From Eledone cirrhosa (taxonomy: Eukaryota): a stretch of DNA of 64,000 nt. Position 1 is the stretch's first letter; every line of letters begins with the position of its first letter. Positions 1-13,097 of this stretch are shown here, piece by piece. The stretch spans positions 207,886,001-207,950,000 of the forward strand of contig OZ024743.1 of assembly GCA_964016885.1 (NCBI GenBank), in the 5' to 3' direction. The notes below the pieces were generated by a model that saw nothing but the letters and a program-made list of their open reading frames with translations, was not told where the DNA came from and did no database searches. The position numbers were made by a program, and so were the translations under genes.

Positions 1-120
1 TACGTAATTATTTATAGCTGTTATTACATTAAACATAGATGTATTTATTTTTATATGTTACACTCTAAGAATTAACTAAGTGAAATAGCATAAAAATAAA
101 GGCTTCGTTGGTTTAAGCTA

Positions 121-470
121 TTTTTATAAAGGATGCCACAGAATGTACGATATATAATGATTACAATATTTTTTAGCAACAACTCTAGTCCCACACTTTT
201 GAAGGTTTATTATAACATTCTGTGGCACTTTTGAGCTTGCGCATTTTTCATGTCTAGTTTAATATTTTTTTAAGGCAACGCTTCTAATAACTCTAGTTAA
301 ACAGGATATATATTAATAATAAATTATCGTTGTAATGTAATTAGATTATGTAACTGTTATTATAAATTATCTTATAAATATTAGTGTAAGATGTATAAAA
401 ATATGTTCAGACTTTTAATATAAACAACTACAAAAAACAATCAATATTAAATCAATATATTATACATAAT
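121..470 (+). repeat. Dispersed unclassified repeat, direct copy of ~43940-44290
   Basis: ttataaaggatgccacaga...ctctagtcccacacttttgaaggtttattataacattctgtggcacttttgagcttgcgc...caaaaaacaatcaatattaa recurs with few differences at ~43940-44290. Confidence 0.85.
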
Positions 471-815
471 AGAAAACATAAAATAAACAATACAAAAACA
501 AAATATTTACATACAATTGCAATTATCAGTGTATATACATTTTCTTTATATTCCCTGAGCAAATTAATAAGATTTGTTTTTATTGTACATAATTTGATGA
601 CTTGTTGGAGTGTATTAAAAGATAGCAACAATTTGTGATTAAATTGTTATCTTAAGCAACTCACTTTTTAATAGTTGTTGGCTGAGCGAAATTGTAAAAG
701 CCTATGAGCAAATATAAAAAAAAATACGCAAACAACATTTCCTTGTGTTATTACAACATTAGATAAAATAATTGAGCAATGTCGTTATATTTTGCTCTTA
801 TTGCATATTAATAGT

Positions 816-963
816 GTTTCTATTTTTCGGCACAAATCCATTACGGCAGTCCATCGAATTAGTAAGTATGAAAGTCGAAGTTAACCTCGGCAGGATTTGA
901 ACTTAGAATGCAAAGGACCATAACAATACTGCAAAGCATGGTGTCTGACGCTCTACCAATACT
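816..963 (-). mobile_element. tRNA-derived SINE family B, degenerate/internally deleted copy
   Basis: Reverse complement of the B-box region (ttcaaatcc) and gttaactt..ctttcat core shared with the SINE-B copy at 35433-35620. Confidence 0.7.
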
Positions 964-1429
964 TGTGTTGAGCTGGTCATTAATTTATGGTGGTCGTGCG
1001 TGGAGTAGAGCAATCGCTAGTTGAAATATTATGAACAAAACATTTTTATTTGCCGAAGAACATATTTTCAATACTGTTTGTGAATGTGACGAAGGAAATA
1101 CATTCTGATATGGAACAGTGTACAAAGTGTGTCTGTGAATAACATAATGTTACCTCATGTTGTTGTCAAGACATAATGGATTTCGTATATCCAGTTAGAA
1201 GATGAAACCTAGCCATCTCGGATTAGTTATATTTCATGCCATGTGTAAACGTGTTTGAGGATAGCAAAATATGCGTGTTTCTTGTCTGGAAACTTTCTGC
1301 TAAACTGATTGGTTTCGTTTTTGGCACTATACAATACTCATCCAACAGATAGCTGTATTGGATCCTTGATTGGTTAATATTTAGGTGAGGGTGCTTGATG
1401 CAGAGTTAGTGCAAAATGGATCAATGAGT

Positions 1430-1757
1430 GTAATAATAATAATGATAATAATAATGAAAATATTGTGTACAATGCGGAGGTGCACTACAACTCATCAAAA
1501 GTGCATATATAATACATAGGGTAATATAAAAACGTCAGGAAAAAAGAACAGTGCATGAGTCATGATATACACATATGTGCATGTGTATGGAAGGGGGACA
1601 TCAGGTGTAGTTTTGGTGTATTTCGGAATGTATGATGGTTTTAAAGGATGCAGTGTGTCATCAGCTAACAACTGATGCAGGAAGTTTGTTCCATCCTTCA
1701 GCAACTCTGAGCATGAAGAAATATTTCCTAAAGTCATGGGAGATACATCACAGCTAC
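1430..1757 (-). mobile_element. CR1-type LINE 3' end fragment with (ATT)n tail
   Basis: Similar to the 3' end of the CR1 element at 53447-53760 (gtgcactacaactcatcaaa, ttttaaaggatgcagtgt..cagctaa, caactctgagc.tgaa). aataataat tail on the + strand. Confidence 0.8.
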
Positions 1758-1779
1758 ACTATATATTTAAACATATATA

Positions 1780-1845
1780 CAGTGATACCTCGCTACTTGG
1801 CGGTTCAACTATCGCGGATTCACGATTTCGCGCATTTTTAGAATA
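1780..1845 (+). mobile_element. Probable pogo/Tigger-like terminal inverted repeat (left end only)
   Basis: ta|cagtgatacctcgctacttggcggttcaactatcgcggattcacgatttcgcg resembles Tigger-type termini after a TA. No clear right end found. Confidence 0.4.
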
Positions 1846-2302
1846 TATATATGAACACCTAAAATTTTTCATTAAATCCATTAAAATATTAATAATAAAC
1901 ACAGTTCTAATCATACGCTATATATATATATATATAAATATAAGTAATTAATACCGTATAAATGGTACAAAGACTGTTTATGTAAAATGTATTTCTCAAC
2001 AGAGTATTGAATACTTAGGAGAAATTCAAAACGAAGAGTGATAAAATTTCAAGCAAAGAGTTTAATTAGGTAATGACTTACAAATTTGTTTCAGTATATA
2101 GACAAAGCCTGAAGCGCTAATTATAATAATTAGTTAATAATATTACAAAATATATTAATATTATATTAAATATATACTGAAACAAATTTGTAAGTCATTA
2201 CCTAATTAAACTCTTTGCTTGAAATTTTATCATTCTTCGTTTATATATATATATATATATACGATATTAAATAAATGGAAACTATATTTATAAAACCATA
2301 TT

Positions 2303-2368
2303 TATTTCATTATATATATTTCAGGGATATCATATTAAAAATATGGTATGCCTTCTTCAGACAAAATA
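2303..2368 (-). ncRNA. Type I hammerhead ribozyme motif (inverted copy of 2458-2523)
   Basis: Exact reverse complement of the 2458-2523 motif. Confidence 0.7.
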
Positions 2369-2457
2369 CAATATAAACAGTCTTAATCAACTTTTTAAAT
2401 GGAAGTTGAAGTTGTAAGGTATGTCAAATCTATCTATTTATAAGACTGTTTATATTG

Positions 2458-2523
2458 TATTTTGTCTGAAGAAGGCATACCATATTTTTAATATGATATC
2501 CCTGAAATATATATAATGAAATA
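2458..2523 (+). ncRNA. Type I hammerhead ribozyme motif (minimal, palindromic helix III)
   Basis: Helix I tattttgt/atgaaata (with G-U pairs); core CTGAAGA (2466-2472); helix II aggcataccatatt-ttt-aatatgatatccct; GAAA; helix III ATATATAT; predicted cleavage after A2515. Confidence 0.7.
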
Positions 2524-2725
2524 AATATGGTTTTATAAATATAGTTTCCATTTATTTAATATCGTATATATATATATATAAACGAAGAATGATAAAATTT
2601 CAAGCAAAGAGTTTAATTAGGTAATGACTTAATATCGTAAATATACTCCAAATACTTGTTGAGTGCTTTTATATCAGTTATAAATATTTACTCGTTGTAA
2701 CCCAACAATTTAAATAAAACTTTGC

Positions 2726-2860
<135 letters not shown>

Positions 2861-4390
2861 TCTAGTCCTTCGCTCAAGATTAATCTATAAGTTTAGATGT
2901 CTGCCTTCGTTTAAGTAAATATTACAGTAAGATTTTTAATATAAACAACTACAAAAAACAATTAATATTAAAACGAAAAAATTATCAATGATAAAAGAAG
3001 CGGATGCAACTTTTTTTTTTATAAAGTTATATTCCTGTTTCTTTAAAGAACATTTCATTTTTGTTCTATTGTAGGCGAAATAATGCAATGGTTTAATAGG
3101 GAAGATATAACTTACCAATTATGTCTCTAACCGTGTAACGCTTTTTAAGTAGATAACTACAATTGAAAATACTAAAGAAATGGAACCAACAATTCAATTT
3201 GAAAGTCGTCTACTTATAGTGACAGTGTATTACTGGTACTTTATTTTATCGACCCCGTAACGATGAAAGGCAAAAATACAAATGCTTAAAATTTAAATTG
3301 CCTTAATTCTATCGTCTGCTGTTTCATTAAAGGGAGATTCTCGTCTGTATTTAATTCTATCGTCTACTGTTCCACTAAACAGATATACCTCCACTATCGT
3401 CTCTATTTATACATTTTAACTTATAACTTATACACATTTGATTTGAAATATTTTATCTAGTCCCCCCTCTCAATATTATGATGATTTCTTTCGAATGAAA
3501 CAGTTCTAGTCCTGTAGAAGCCATTTATATATATAATTGAACTGAGTTAAAAATTCACAATATTTATAATTAAATAAGCTCATATATATATATGTGTGTA
3601 TTTATCTGTTTATTGTATTATATATAATGTGTGTATATACAGGATGTCCCCCAAAAATATATACACACTTCAACAGCATTCTAATAACTATTGCCTGTAC
3701 AGGTAAAGTGTCAATCGAATGTTAGTTTCGTGTTTTAACAGTACAAATTTACAATACACACATAAAACCATTGTATATACATACATGAGTGTGTATACAC
3801 ATACATGAATGTGTATATACAATATATATGTATATATATATAGACACATATATTCACGGTGCAACGGAACATTAAAATATAGATGCGGGGGGGGGGGGTA
3901 TATATAGGGGCGCTGGGGATAAAGGAGTGTAAAGCGTAAGTGTGTAATTGATATATTGAAGGAGAGGAGCATGCAGCGATAGAGTAACAAATATATAGAG
4001 AGGGGGAGAGATGGTATTGAAGGGGAGGAGTGCAAAGCGAAAGAGTAAGAGAGATATATATAGAGACGGAACAGATAGAGAGAAACAGGCGTAAGTAACA
4101 GTGGAAGAGATATAGAGAGAGGGGGTAATAAATAAATGGAAATATAAGTGTAACAGTATAAGAGATATATAGAGAGGGGGAAATGTGTTATTGAAGGGGG
4201 AGGAGTGTAAAGCGAAAGCGTAAGATATATATAGAGAGAGGGGGAATAGTATATATATATATATATATTATATATATATCTCAACACTTACTCTGATTGG
4301 TTGAAAATTAGCCAATGACATACGATCACCACCACCACGGCTATCCCCGGAAAATTTATGAAGAAGTTACGCATATATGTTAGAACATGA

Positions 4391-5420
<1,030 letters not shown>

Positions 5421-5456
5421 TATATATATATATATGTATACAAATAATATTATATA

Positions 5457-5755
5457 TGTAGGAGGTGAGTTTTATTGTAGCACAATAAAGCAATGCAAAT
5501 ATCGGATGAGTAGCACTCAACAGTTTATTGGACTAGAGTATATATAAGAAGAAATTAAAAAAAAAAACACTTGTGAGCAAGGTAGTGTCTAGACACTACC
5601 ATGCACACAAATGTTTTTTTTTAAGCTTCATATCATGTCTCCCTATTTTATCTGATGAGAACGCAAATATCGTCCCTGGATGATATTTGTTGTTGAAATG
5701 TGCGTAATAAAATACATGGAACTTTTTTAACCATCTTTTAATTTCTTCTTATAAT
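5457..5755 (+). mobile_element. Short non-autonomous Penelope-like (pLTR) derivative with hammerhead
   Basis: 5' part (gtaggaggtgagttttattgtag.acaataaagcaatgc) matches the start of the PLE at ~26925-26970 (-). 3' part (cttcatatcatgtct...aataaaatacatggaact) matches the PLE end at ~24215-24350 (-). Flanked by (TA)n. Confidence 0.8.
5644..5714 (+). ncRNA. Type I hammerhead ribozyme motif
   Basis: Helix I tattttat/ataaaata (8 bp); core CTGATGA (5652-5658); helix II aacgcaaatatcgtc-cctg-gatgatatttgttgtt; GAAA; helix III ATGTGCGT (decayed palindrome); cleavage triplet GTA ending at 5706. Confidence 0.8.
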
Positions 5756-5859
5756 ATTATATATATATATATTATATTACACACACATATATATATATAT
5801 ATATATATTACCCACTCTACTAGTATTGAGTACTCTGGTGCGTTATGGTCCATCATAAA

Positions 5860-6088
5860 ACACACACAGTCCACGCTGTAATGTGGCCGAGTAGGTAACA
5901 CGGTAAAAAGTTCCCAGTTCCACACTAAATGTGGTTGGTGTTAGGAAGGTCATCCAGCCGTAGAAAACCTGCCAGACAGTCCTATATGAGCGAGACACAG
6001 TCACCTGACCAGCCTTGCCTCAAGTGGGACAACTCCCGTCTAACCCATGCTAGCGTGGAAAACGGACGTTAAACGAAGATGATGATGA
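5860..6088 (+). mobile_element. RTE LINE 3' UTR fragment with (GAT)n tail
   Basis: Matches the 3' UTR of the RTE copy at 22095-22324 (cacacagtccacgctgtaatgtggccg...ccagacagtcctat...cggacgttaaacg-gatgat). Confidence 0.8.
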
Positions 6089-6143
6089 TATATATATATA
6101 TAATATTATATATATGTATATATGTATATATAATATTATATAT

Positions 6144-6473
6144 ATAGAGCATTGGCCTTGCAATCGAAAGGTTGTGAGTTCAATTCTCAGACTGGGTGAT
6201 ATGTTGTTTCCTTGAGCAAGACACTTTATTTCACATTGCTCCAGTATACTCAGCTGTAGAAATGAGATGATAGGGACTGGGGTCCATATCATTCCACTGC
6301 AAAGTGGTCGTGCAGGTGCCACGGCAAAAAAGCACCCAGCACTCACTGTAAATGAGGTTGGTGTTAGGAAGGGCATCCAGCTGTAGAAATCAAGCCAGAA
6401 TCAGTTCCCGTCCCACCCTTGCAAGCAGGGAAAAAGCGGACTTAAAATGAAATGATGATGATGATGATGATGA
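6144..6473 (+). mobile_element. tRNA-derived SINE family A (5'-truncated)
   Basis: B box gagttcaattc; central ttccttgagcaagacacttt; 3' end cgtcccacccttgcaagcagggaaaaagcggac + (GAT)n. Near-identical to 7067-7411 and 13845-14186. Confidence 0.88.
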
Positions 6474-6511
6474 TATATATAATATTATATATAAGTATAT
6501 ATATAATATAA

Positions 6512-6674
6512 TGGCGGACGCCATGCTTTGCAGCAAAGGGTAACGGCCCTTTATGGTCTGAGTTCAAATCCCGCCGAGGTTAATTTTGGCTTTCATCCTT
6601 ACGGGGTCAATAAAATAAAGTACCAGTAATACACTGAGATAATTGCTGGCCTTGTGCCAAAAGTAGAAACAATT
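6512..6674 (+). mobile_element. SINE family B (5'-truncated)
   Basis: ctgagttcaaatcccgccgaggttaa...ctttcatccttacggggtc.ataaaataaagtaccagtaat...ggccttgtgccaaaagtagaaacaatt. Confidence 0.85.
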
Positions 6675-7066
6675 GTATATATATAATATTGTATTATATA
6701 TATATATAATATTGTATTATATTATATATATATAATATTATAGAATAATCGAGTATCGAAAAATCGGCGCACGAGTTCACGATAAACAAAATTCGATATG
6801 AGCGGCAGAGTGCTCACTAATTTAGATAAATCAGAGCTATAACTATCGTTAAAATACCGTCACACAGAACAAGTCTATAATCAACCGCACGATCGAAAAT
6901 TTGCGATCCGGAAGATTCGGGACACTCAGATAAAAAATATCAATAAATCAATAAATAAAATGAATGTAATATTATATACATATAATATAATATTATATTA
7001 TATATATATATATATAATATTATATTATATATATATAATATATTATATATATATTATATTATATTA

Positions 7067-7411
7067 TCATCATCATCATCATCATTTCATTTTACGTCCA
7101 CTTTTTCCCTGCTTGCAAGGGTGGGACAGGAACTGATTCTGGCTTGATTTCTACAGCTGGATGTCCTAACACCAACCTCATTTACAGTGAGTGCTGGGTG
7201 CTTTTTTGCCGTGGCACCTCCACGACCACTTTGCAGTGGAGTGATATGGACCCCAGTCCCTATCATCTCATTTCTACAGCTGAGTAAACTGGAGCAATGT
7301 GAAATAAAGTGTCTTGCTCAAGGAAACAACACATCACCCGGTCTGAGAATTGAACTCACAACCTTTTGATTGCAAGGCCAATGCTCTAACCACTAAGCCG
7401 TGTGCCTCCAT
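7067..7411 (-). mobile_element. SINE family A, full length
   Basis: On the minus strand: ggaggcacacggcttagtggttagagc (A box), gagttcaattc (B box), RTE-like 3' end and (GAT)n tail. Confidence 0.9.
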
Positions 7412-7422
7412 TATATATATAT

Positions 7423-7454
<32 letters not shown>

Positions 7455-7484
7455 ATATTATATATATATATATTATATATATAT

Positions 7485-7911
7485 ATGCTGCTGTATGGGT
7501 CTGAGACTTGGAGACTGACCAAGAAACTCACTCAGATGGTGGATGGGTGCTACACGAGAATGCTGAGGATGGCTCTGAACATTAATCAGTATACACTGAG
7601 GATGAAAAACTCAGAGCTGTATGGGAGCATCCCAAAAGTCAGCTCAAAAGTGACACAGAGGAGACTGAGGTTGGCTGGACATGCTCACCGACATCCAGAG
7701 TTGACATTGCACTCAGTGCTCCTTTGGGAGCCCCTACATGGACACACTAGAAGAGGAAGACCAAGGTTAACATATGTTGATGCCCTAAGGACAGACACTG
7801 GTCTGTTGGAGATGCAGGATATGGCAGCGATAATGAGGGACAGAGACCGCTGGAGAGAACTCGTCCATGGATCTCGGGAATTTTACCCGCCTTAGATAGA
7901 TAGATAGATAG

Positions 7912-7914
<3 letters not shown>
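7485..7914 (+). mobile_element. RTE-group LINE 3' fragment with (TAGA)n tail, open C-terminal frame
   Basis: Translation 'LLYGSETWRLT...DGCYTRMLRMALNI...RRLRLAGH...RRGRPRLTYVD...DRDRWR' is typical of RTE C-termini. Stop at 7895, then tagatagataga. Inserted in (TA)n. Confidence 0.88.
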
Positions 7915-7942
<28 letters not shown>

Positions 7943-7961
7943 TATATACATATATATATAC

Positions 7962-8005
<44 letters not shown>

Positions 8006-8020
8006 ATTATATATATATAT

Positions 8021-8190
8021 AATTGTTTCTACTTTTTGGCACAAGGCCAGTACATTACTGGTACTTTATTTTATAGACCCCGTAAGGATGAAAGGCAAAG
8101 TTAACCTCGGCAGGATTTGAACTAAAGGGACGTAACTATGCTGGAAAGCATGGCGTCCGACTCTCTACCGATACTGCCAATCCACCGCCC
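8021..8190 (-). mobile_element. SINE family B, near full length
   Basis: Reverse complement of gggcggtggattggcagtatcggtagag...gttcaaatcc...gtaccagtaat...gtagaaacaatt. Confidence 0.85.
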
Positions 8191-8206
8191 TAATATTATA
8201 TATATA

Positions 8207-10170
8207 TCATCATCTTTGTTTAAAGTCTATCTTCCACGCTAGCATGGGTTATAGGGGAGTTGTCCCACTTGAGGCAAGGTTGGTCGGGTGACCGTGTCTC
8301 GCTCATATAGGACTATCTGGCAGGTTTTCTACGGCTGGATGCCCTTCCTAACACCAACCACATTTACAGTGTGGAACTGGGAACCTTTTACCGTGTTACC
8401 TACACGGCCACATTACAGTGTGGAGTGTGTGATTTTTTTTTTGTCGTGACACCTACACGATCTCGATCTCATTATCTTATATATTTGGACTGGATGTTGT
8501 GGTACCAACTTTACAGAGAGGGTGGTGTTAGTGGGAGTGGGAGGATAAGGTAGGGGTAGTGGATTGGGGTGTATATTTGGTTAAGAGGTGCCTACTGACT
8601 GTAGGTTTCGCTTTGTACATAGGCAAGGTGGGTCTTCTGTATTACTGCGTAGCGCCAAAGATCTCGGTCCAGTGACATTGTCTTAGAGAGGTGCAAGTGT
8701 GTAAGGTCAGAATTTATCAAATCGTCCTAGGTTTTTCTGGGTCTACCTACTCCGTAACTATCAATTTTGATCGCCCTGCACTTTTTTATATAGCTGTCGT
8801 CTTTCATGTGCATCACGTGATCATACCAACGTAGTCTTCTCTCAAGTAAACAGCATCTGATCTTCTTATTCCTAATTTCTCACTTAGTTCATTTATGCTT
8901 TGCCGTTACTATTACACATCCAACGGAGCATGCATGCTTCATTCCTTTCCAGTCTGCGCAGGTCCTCTACACACAATACCCATGACTCACTGCCATGTAG
9001 CATTGCTGTTCGTATACAGGCATCATACAATCTGCCTTTCAGTTTTAAAGAGAAACCTTTTGTGGCCAACAGCGGTATAAGCTGTCTGAACTTGTTCCAT
9101 CCCGTTCTGACTCTGGCTACTGTACTTTCAGAGCACCCTCCACCACTGCTGAATTTTGTCATACACATTTTGAAGGGCTTTCCTAAATTTATATTTTAGT
9201 AAAAGTTCTTTTAGCTTCCAGAACTTCCTTTTCCACACCTTTCTGGATGTCTAATTTTGTCTCTTGCTTATTGAGTTGTCACCGACTAACCTATGTTGTG
9301 GGATACATTCTTCCACGGGCTATGCCTTAGTATTTGACACCATCTCTCTGTGCCTCGTTGCCTAACTAGCCAGAAGTCAATCTGGCTTATGTGCTCACCT
9401 GATTTTCAGGTTATTAGGTAGGCTTCTTGAAGTTAGTGTTGCAAATGGTTAGTGCACTTGCATCACAAAACTCAAGAAGCCTCACTCCTTCTTCGTTTCT
9501 TGAGCCATAACCGTGCCCACCTTGTACCCCAGTGTATCCATCCTGGAGCTGTCCATCATGACCATTGAAGTCCCCTGCTAGCATAATGATGTCTCTGTCC
9601 TGTCAGCAGTCTCATGCCTACAACTAATCTAATCTTAATTATTCTATTACTGACTAACTACCTCTATTGTTTAATCGACCCATCTCTCAGCCACTAATAT
9701 GCCCACCCCACCTAACCAATCATCATTACCTACTCAAAAAGCTTATCACTAAGATGTTTGCCAGCGATTTGTCTTGCAGAGACACTCCTCCATCTCACTT
9801 CTTGCAAGCAGTACACATCCACATGCCTTCTCTCTAGCATCTCCACTATCTCACCAGATCTACCTGTTAGAGTGCCAACATTAAGTGTGGCAACTCTGAG
9901 ATGCGACATCTTTATGTTCTTGTTCTTGTTGTGGTGCGATTGCTTGATGACGGTTGGGGGGTTCTTGCACATAGCTGCACCAGCCACCCCATTACCATGC
10001 AAAGCCCCAACATGGTTATTGTTATTGCTGTTTACGGGGTTATTACAATACTTATTTGTTGCGCTTATAATTTTTTGGCATTAATATATACTGGTTGGAT
10101 ATACTTCCTAACACCAGCCCCACTTTATAGCATGGACTGGGTGTTTTTATTCGTGCCACCAGCACTGAAT
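8207..10170 (-). mobile_element. RTE LINE, internally deleted (AP-endonuclease start joined to C-terminus and 3' UTR)
   Basis: APE N-terminus 'LRVATLNVGTLTGRSGEIVEMLERRHVDVYCLQEVRWR' (ORF 9730-10002); 'AGDFNGH' near 9560-9580; C-terminal 'RVRTGWNKFRQL...RLYDACIRTAMLHGSESW' (ORF 8893-9168). The RT core is absent. 3' UTR and tail at 8207-8600. Confidence 0.88.
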
Positions 10171-10187
10171 ACTATACATATAATATA

Positions 10188-10307
10188 TCATCATCATCAT
10201 CATCGTCGTTTAACGTCTATCTTCCACGCTAGCATGGGTTTAGACGGGAATTGTCCCGCTTGAGACAAGATTGGTCGGGTGACCATGTCTCGCTCGTATA
10301 GGACTAA
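10188..10307 (-). mobile_element. RTE 3' terminal fragment with (GAT)n tail
   Basis: Same terminal sequence as 8207-8315. Confidence 0.8.
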
Positions 10308-11351
10308 TATATATATATAATGTATATATAATATATATATAACATATATATAATATATATATAATCATAATATAATAAAGGAAGTAATGCGGGACTGCGT
10401 CCTGAATATATTTTTTTATCCCGTTAGTAAAATAAGTTAGATTAGATTACTTTCAATAAATAATGAATGAATATTACATAACTTATGTACTAAATTTCCT
10501 AGCTCTTGATTAAACATAAATATTCTTATATATAATGATTGCTTATTTTAAGATTCATTTCTTTAAAAATTTTCAACTGTCTACACTTCCGGTTAGCATC
10601 CGTTATATCAGAAAAATTATGTAAACGTTCATAATTTGCATCGTTATATAAGGTTTATATTTTGGTCGCTAATTTTCTCCTTTTTCGTTTTCATTACGTT
10701 TCTCCTAATGGATTTTATATATAATATCGTCTTCTTTAAATGTATCATGGATTACTTTACTGATTACGGAAGAGAGTGTAACACAGTCTCTCTTCAATTT
10801 CTGTGCATGTTCTCAACTACAATTTTATTTGACATATCATAACTACATGCATGTATATTTGCATATAATATCAATATGCACACTACACACGGTAGCAGAA
10901 AACCACCTGAAGGGTGGGTTTTCTGCTGATACATACTAATTCTGCGAATTAGCAAAAGTCATTAGAGCGTTGGATTAAATGCGCTCTGAGCTCATAGCCC
11001 GCCGAGGTCAAATTTGCTTTTCCTCTTCTCGAAATCAATAGGTAAAGTACTAGTACATATAATATATATATATAATATATAATATATTTAGAATATATAT
11101 ATAATATATATAATATATAGAAAACATATATATAACATATATAATATATATATAACATATTTAATATATATATAACATATATATAATATATATATATAAC
11201 ATATATATAATATATATATAACATATATATAATATATATATAACATATATATAATATATATATAACATACATAGAATATATAATATATATATATATAATA
11301 TATCATATATATAATATATATATCATATATATAATATATATATAATATATA

Positions 11352-11899
11352 TAAACCGTAAAAATGAAACGAAATTTCATTTCCCACTCTTAGTACGGCT
11401 GTTACTTAAATATAAGTACGTACACGTACATACATATATGTATACAGACGTACAGTAGTATGTATATATTATATACACACATGCACACATATATATATGC
11501 ACGTGGGAAATGAAATTTTGTTTCATTTTTACCGTTTATCGTTTTCGGTGCACCCGGCCGATTAACCCACTCGATATGCAAATTGGGCTACTCAGCCGTT
11601 AATATGCATAAGGTAAGTATATACGTTCAACAATCTGGCAGGAAGGTATACGTTGCTGACGATAGCTAATAAGCTTGAAACTAGTACAGCGTTCCTTTGT
11701 CAGTGTTGAACAAACGAGCAACGATGGTTGCTAGACACTACGGATTAATACGGGGTGTTTGTTTACAAACACACCGAGCATTATAATAAATGTTTGGTGA
11801 ATCCATACGTACATATATATATGTGTGCATGTATGTATATATATATACATACTACTGTACGTCTGTATATATATATGTATGTACGTGTACATACTTATA
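11352..11899. repeat. Interleaved inverted repeats around the hammerhead-bearing unit
   Basis: 11352-11387 is approximately the reverse complement of 11503-11538. 11411-11504 is approximately the reverse complement of 11807-11899. Confidence 0.8.
11643..11697 (+). ncRNA. Type I hammerhead ribozyme motif (intact core)
   Basis: Helix I aagg-tat-acgttg / cagcgt-t-cctt; core CTGACGA (11656-11662); helix II agct-aata-agct; GAAA; palindromic helix III ACTAGT; cleavage triplet GTA ending at 11686. Confidence 0.82.
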
Positions 11900-12034
11900 T
11901 ATAATATAATATAATATATATAAATATATATTATATATATAATATATATTATATATATATACCTAATATATATCTTCCATATACTGTACCGATTGTGTTG
12001 TTATTTCTGTTTACCTTCTACATACATATATATA

Positions 12035-12820
12035 CATGGTGTGGACGATATTTGTTTGCAATTTTCAACTGATAATTTTATGCAAATTTTTTTTACTTCC
12101 GTTGTCACTCTTGTCTTCATAAAAACAGTGACTATATTTCCATTATTTATTTTCAGAATAATTAATTATAAATAATTTTGAACCTCCAAATTTGTGGAAG
12201 AGACACAGAGTTCTTCTTGGAAGAGAAATAAGGAAATTTCAGACTTTCTCAGCTTCAGCAGAAGAATGGTGGAAAAGGTCAGAAAGGAATTGGAAGATTC
12301 AGGATTCGACTATGAAGCAACATCAGAGAGGAAAACACATGATCGACGATCTGATGCCTTCAGAACGCCCAAGTTCGTCGCTGAAGTTCAGGATATCATC
12401 AACAATGAACCTAGTAAGTCGATGCGTGACATTGCAAGGGAGAAAGGCGTGGATGAAAAGCTCATTAGGCTGGTGGTACATGAAGACATTCGCTACGTTT
12501 CGTACAAGATGAGGAAAGGACAATTTCTGTCAAAGGCGATGCAAGAAAAGCAACTGAAGCACGCAAAGAAGCTGATCAACAAGTTGAAACACCCACTGGA
12601 GCCAGTATTGCTGTGGTTTTTCTCCGAGGAGAAAAACTTCTGCCAAGACCAGAAGATCAACTCCCAGAACAACAGGTGGCTCGCTGTCTCATCCAAAGAC
12701 GTACCCAGAGTCATGCAGACAAAGTTTCCAGCGACAACATTGGTCTTAGGTGTCGTCAGCAGTCAAGGTGACATCATGCCACCTCACTTCTTCCCCGAGG
12801 GCCTCAAGCTTAACACCAAC
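12035..12820 (+). mobile_element. Tc1/mariner superfamily (maT/DD37D-like) transposon, 5' half
   Basis: ta|catggtgtggac left end. ORF 12194-12871 has HTH 'KSMRDIARE..VDEKLIRLVVHEDI' and 'WFFSEEKNF.QDQKINSQNNRW...VLGVVSSQGDIMPPHFF.EGLKLN'. Truncated before the second catalytic Asp. Confidence 0.85.
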
Positions 12821-12912
12821 CCTACTTTTGAAAAACACAAGAACTGTGAAACTGGTAAAGGAAACAAATAAATATTCTTAAAAAGACTCCAGTTGCATTT
12901 TCGATTTCTTTT

Positions 12913-13000
<88 letters not shown>

Positions 13001-13097
13001 TACGGCCAGCCACACGAACCTGTAACATCCTGAACAAGCAATGCCTGTGCTTTGAAGGTTTTTATGTACACATATATATATATTCATTTTATTAAGG

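Larger units (their letters stand above)
2029..2631. repeat. Double fold-back (A - A'B - B'A) containing two inverted hammerhead copies
   Basis: 2029-2100 is the reverse complement of 2171-2242. ~2190-2385 is the reverse complement of 2441-2631. Spacers are ~70 and ~55 bp. Confidence 0.9.

Noticed and set aside
3638-3700. Tc1/mariner-like left TIR (ta|caggatgtcccccaaaa)
   Set aside because: No matching right TIR or transposase remnant found. Too short to support.
7330-7411. tRNA gene-like A/B boxes
   Set aside because: These are SINE heads continuing into SINE bodies. No complete cloverleaf with acceptor stem.
10570-10620. Possible additional minus-strand hammerhead (also weak candidates near 12825-12862 and 58625-58660)
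   Set aside because: Core has two or more mismatches and helices I/III are poor. Not distinguishable from chance by eye.
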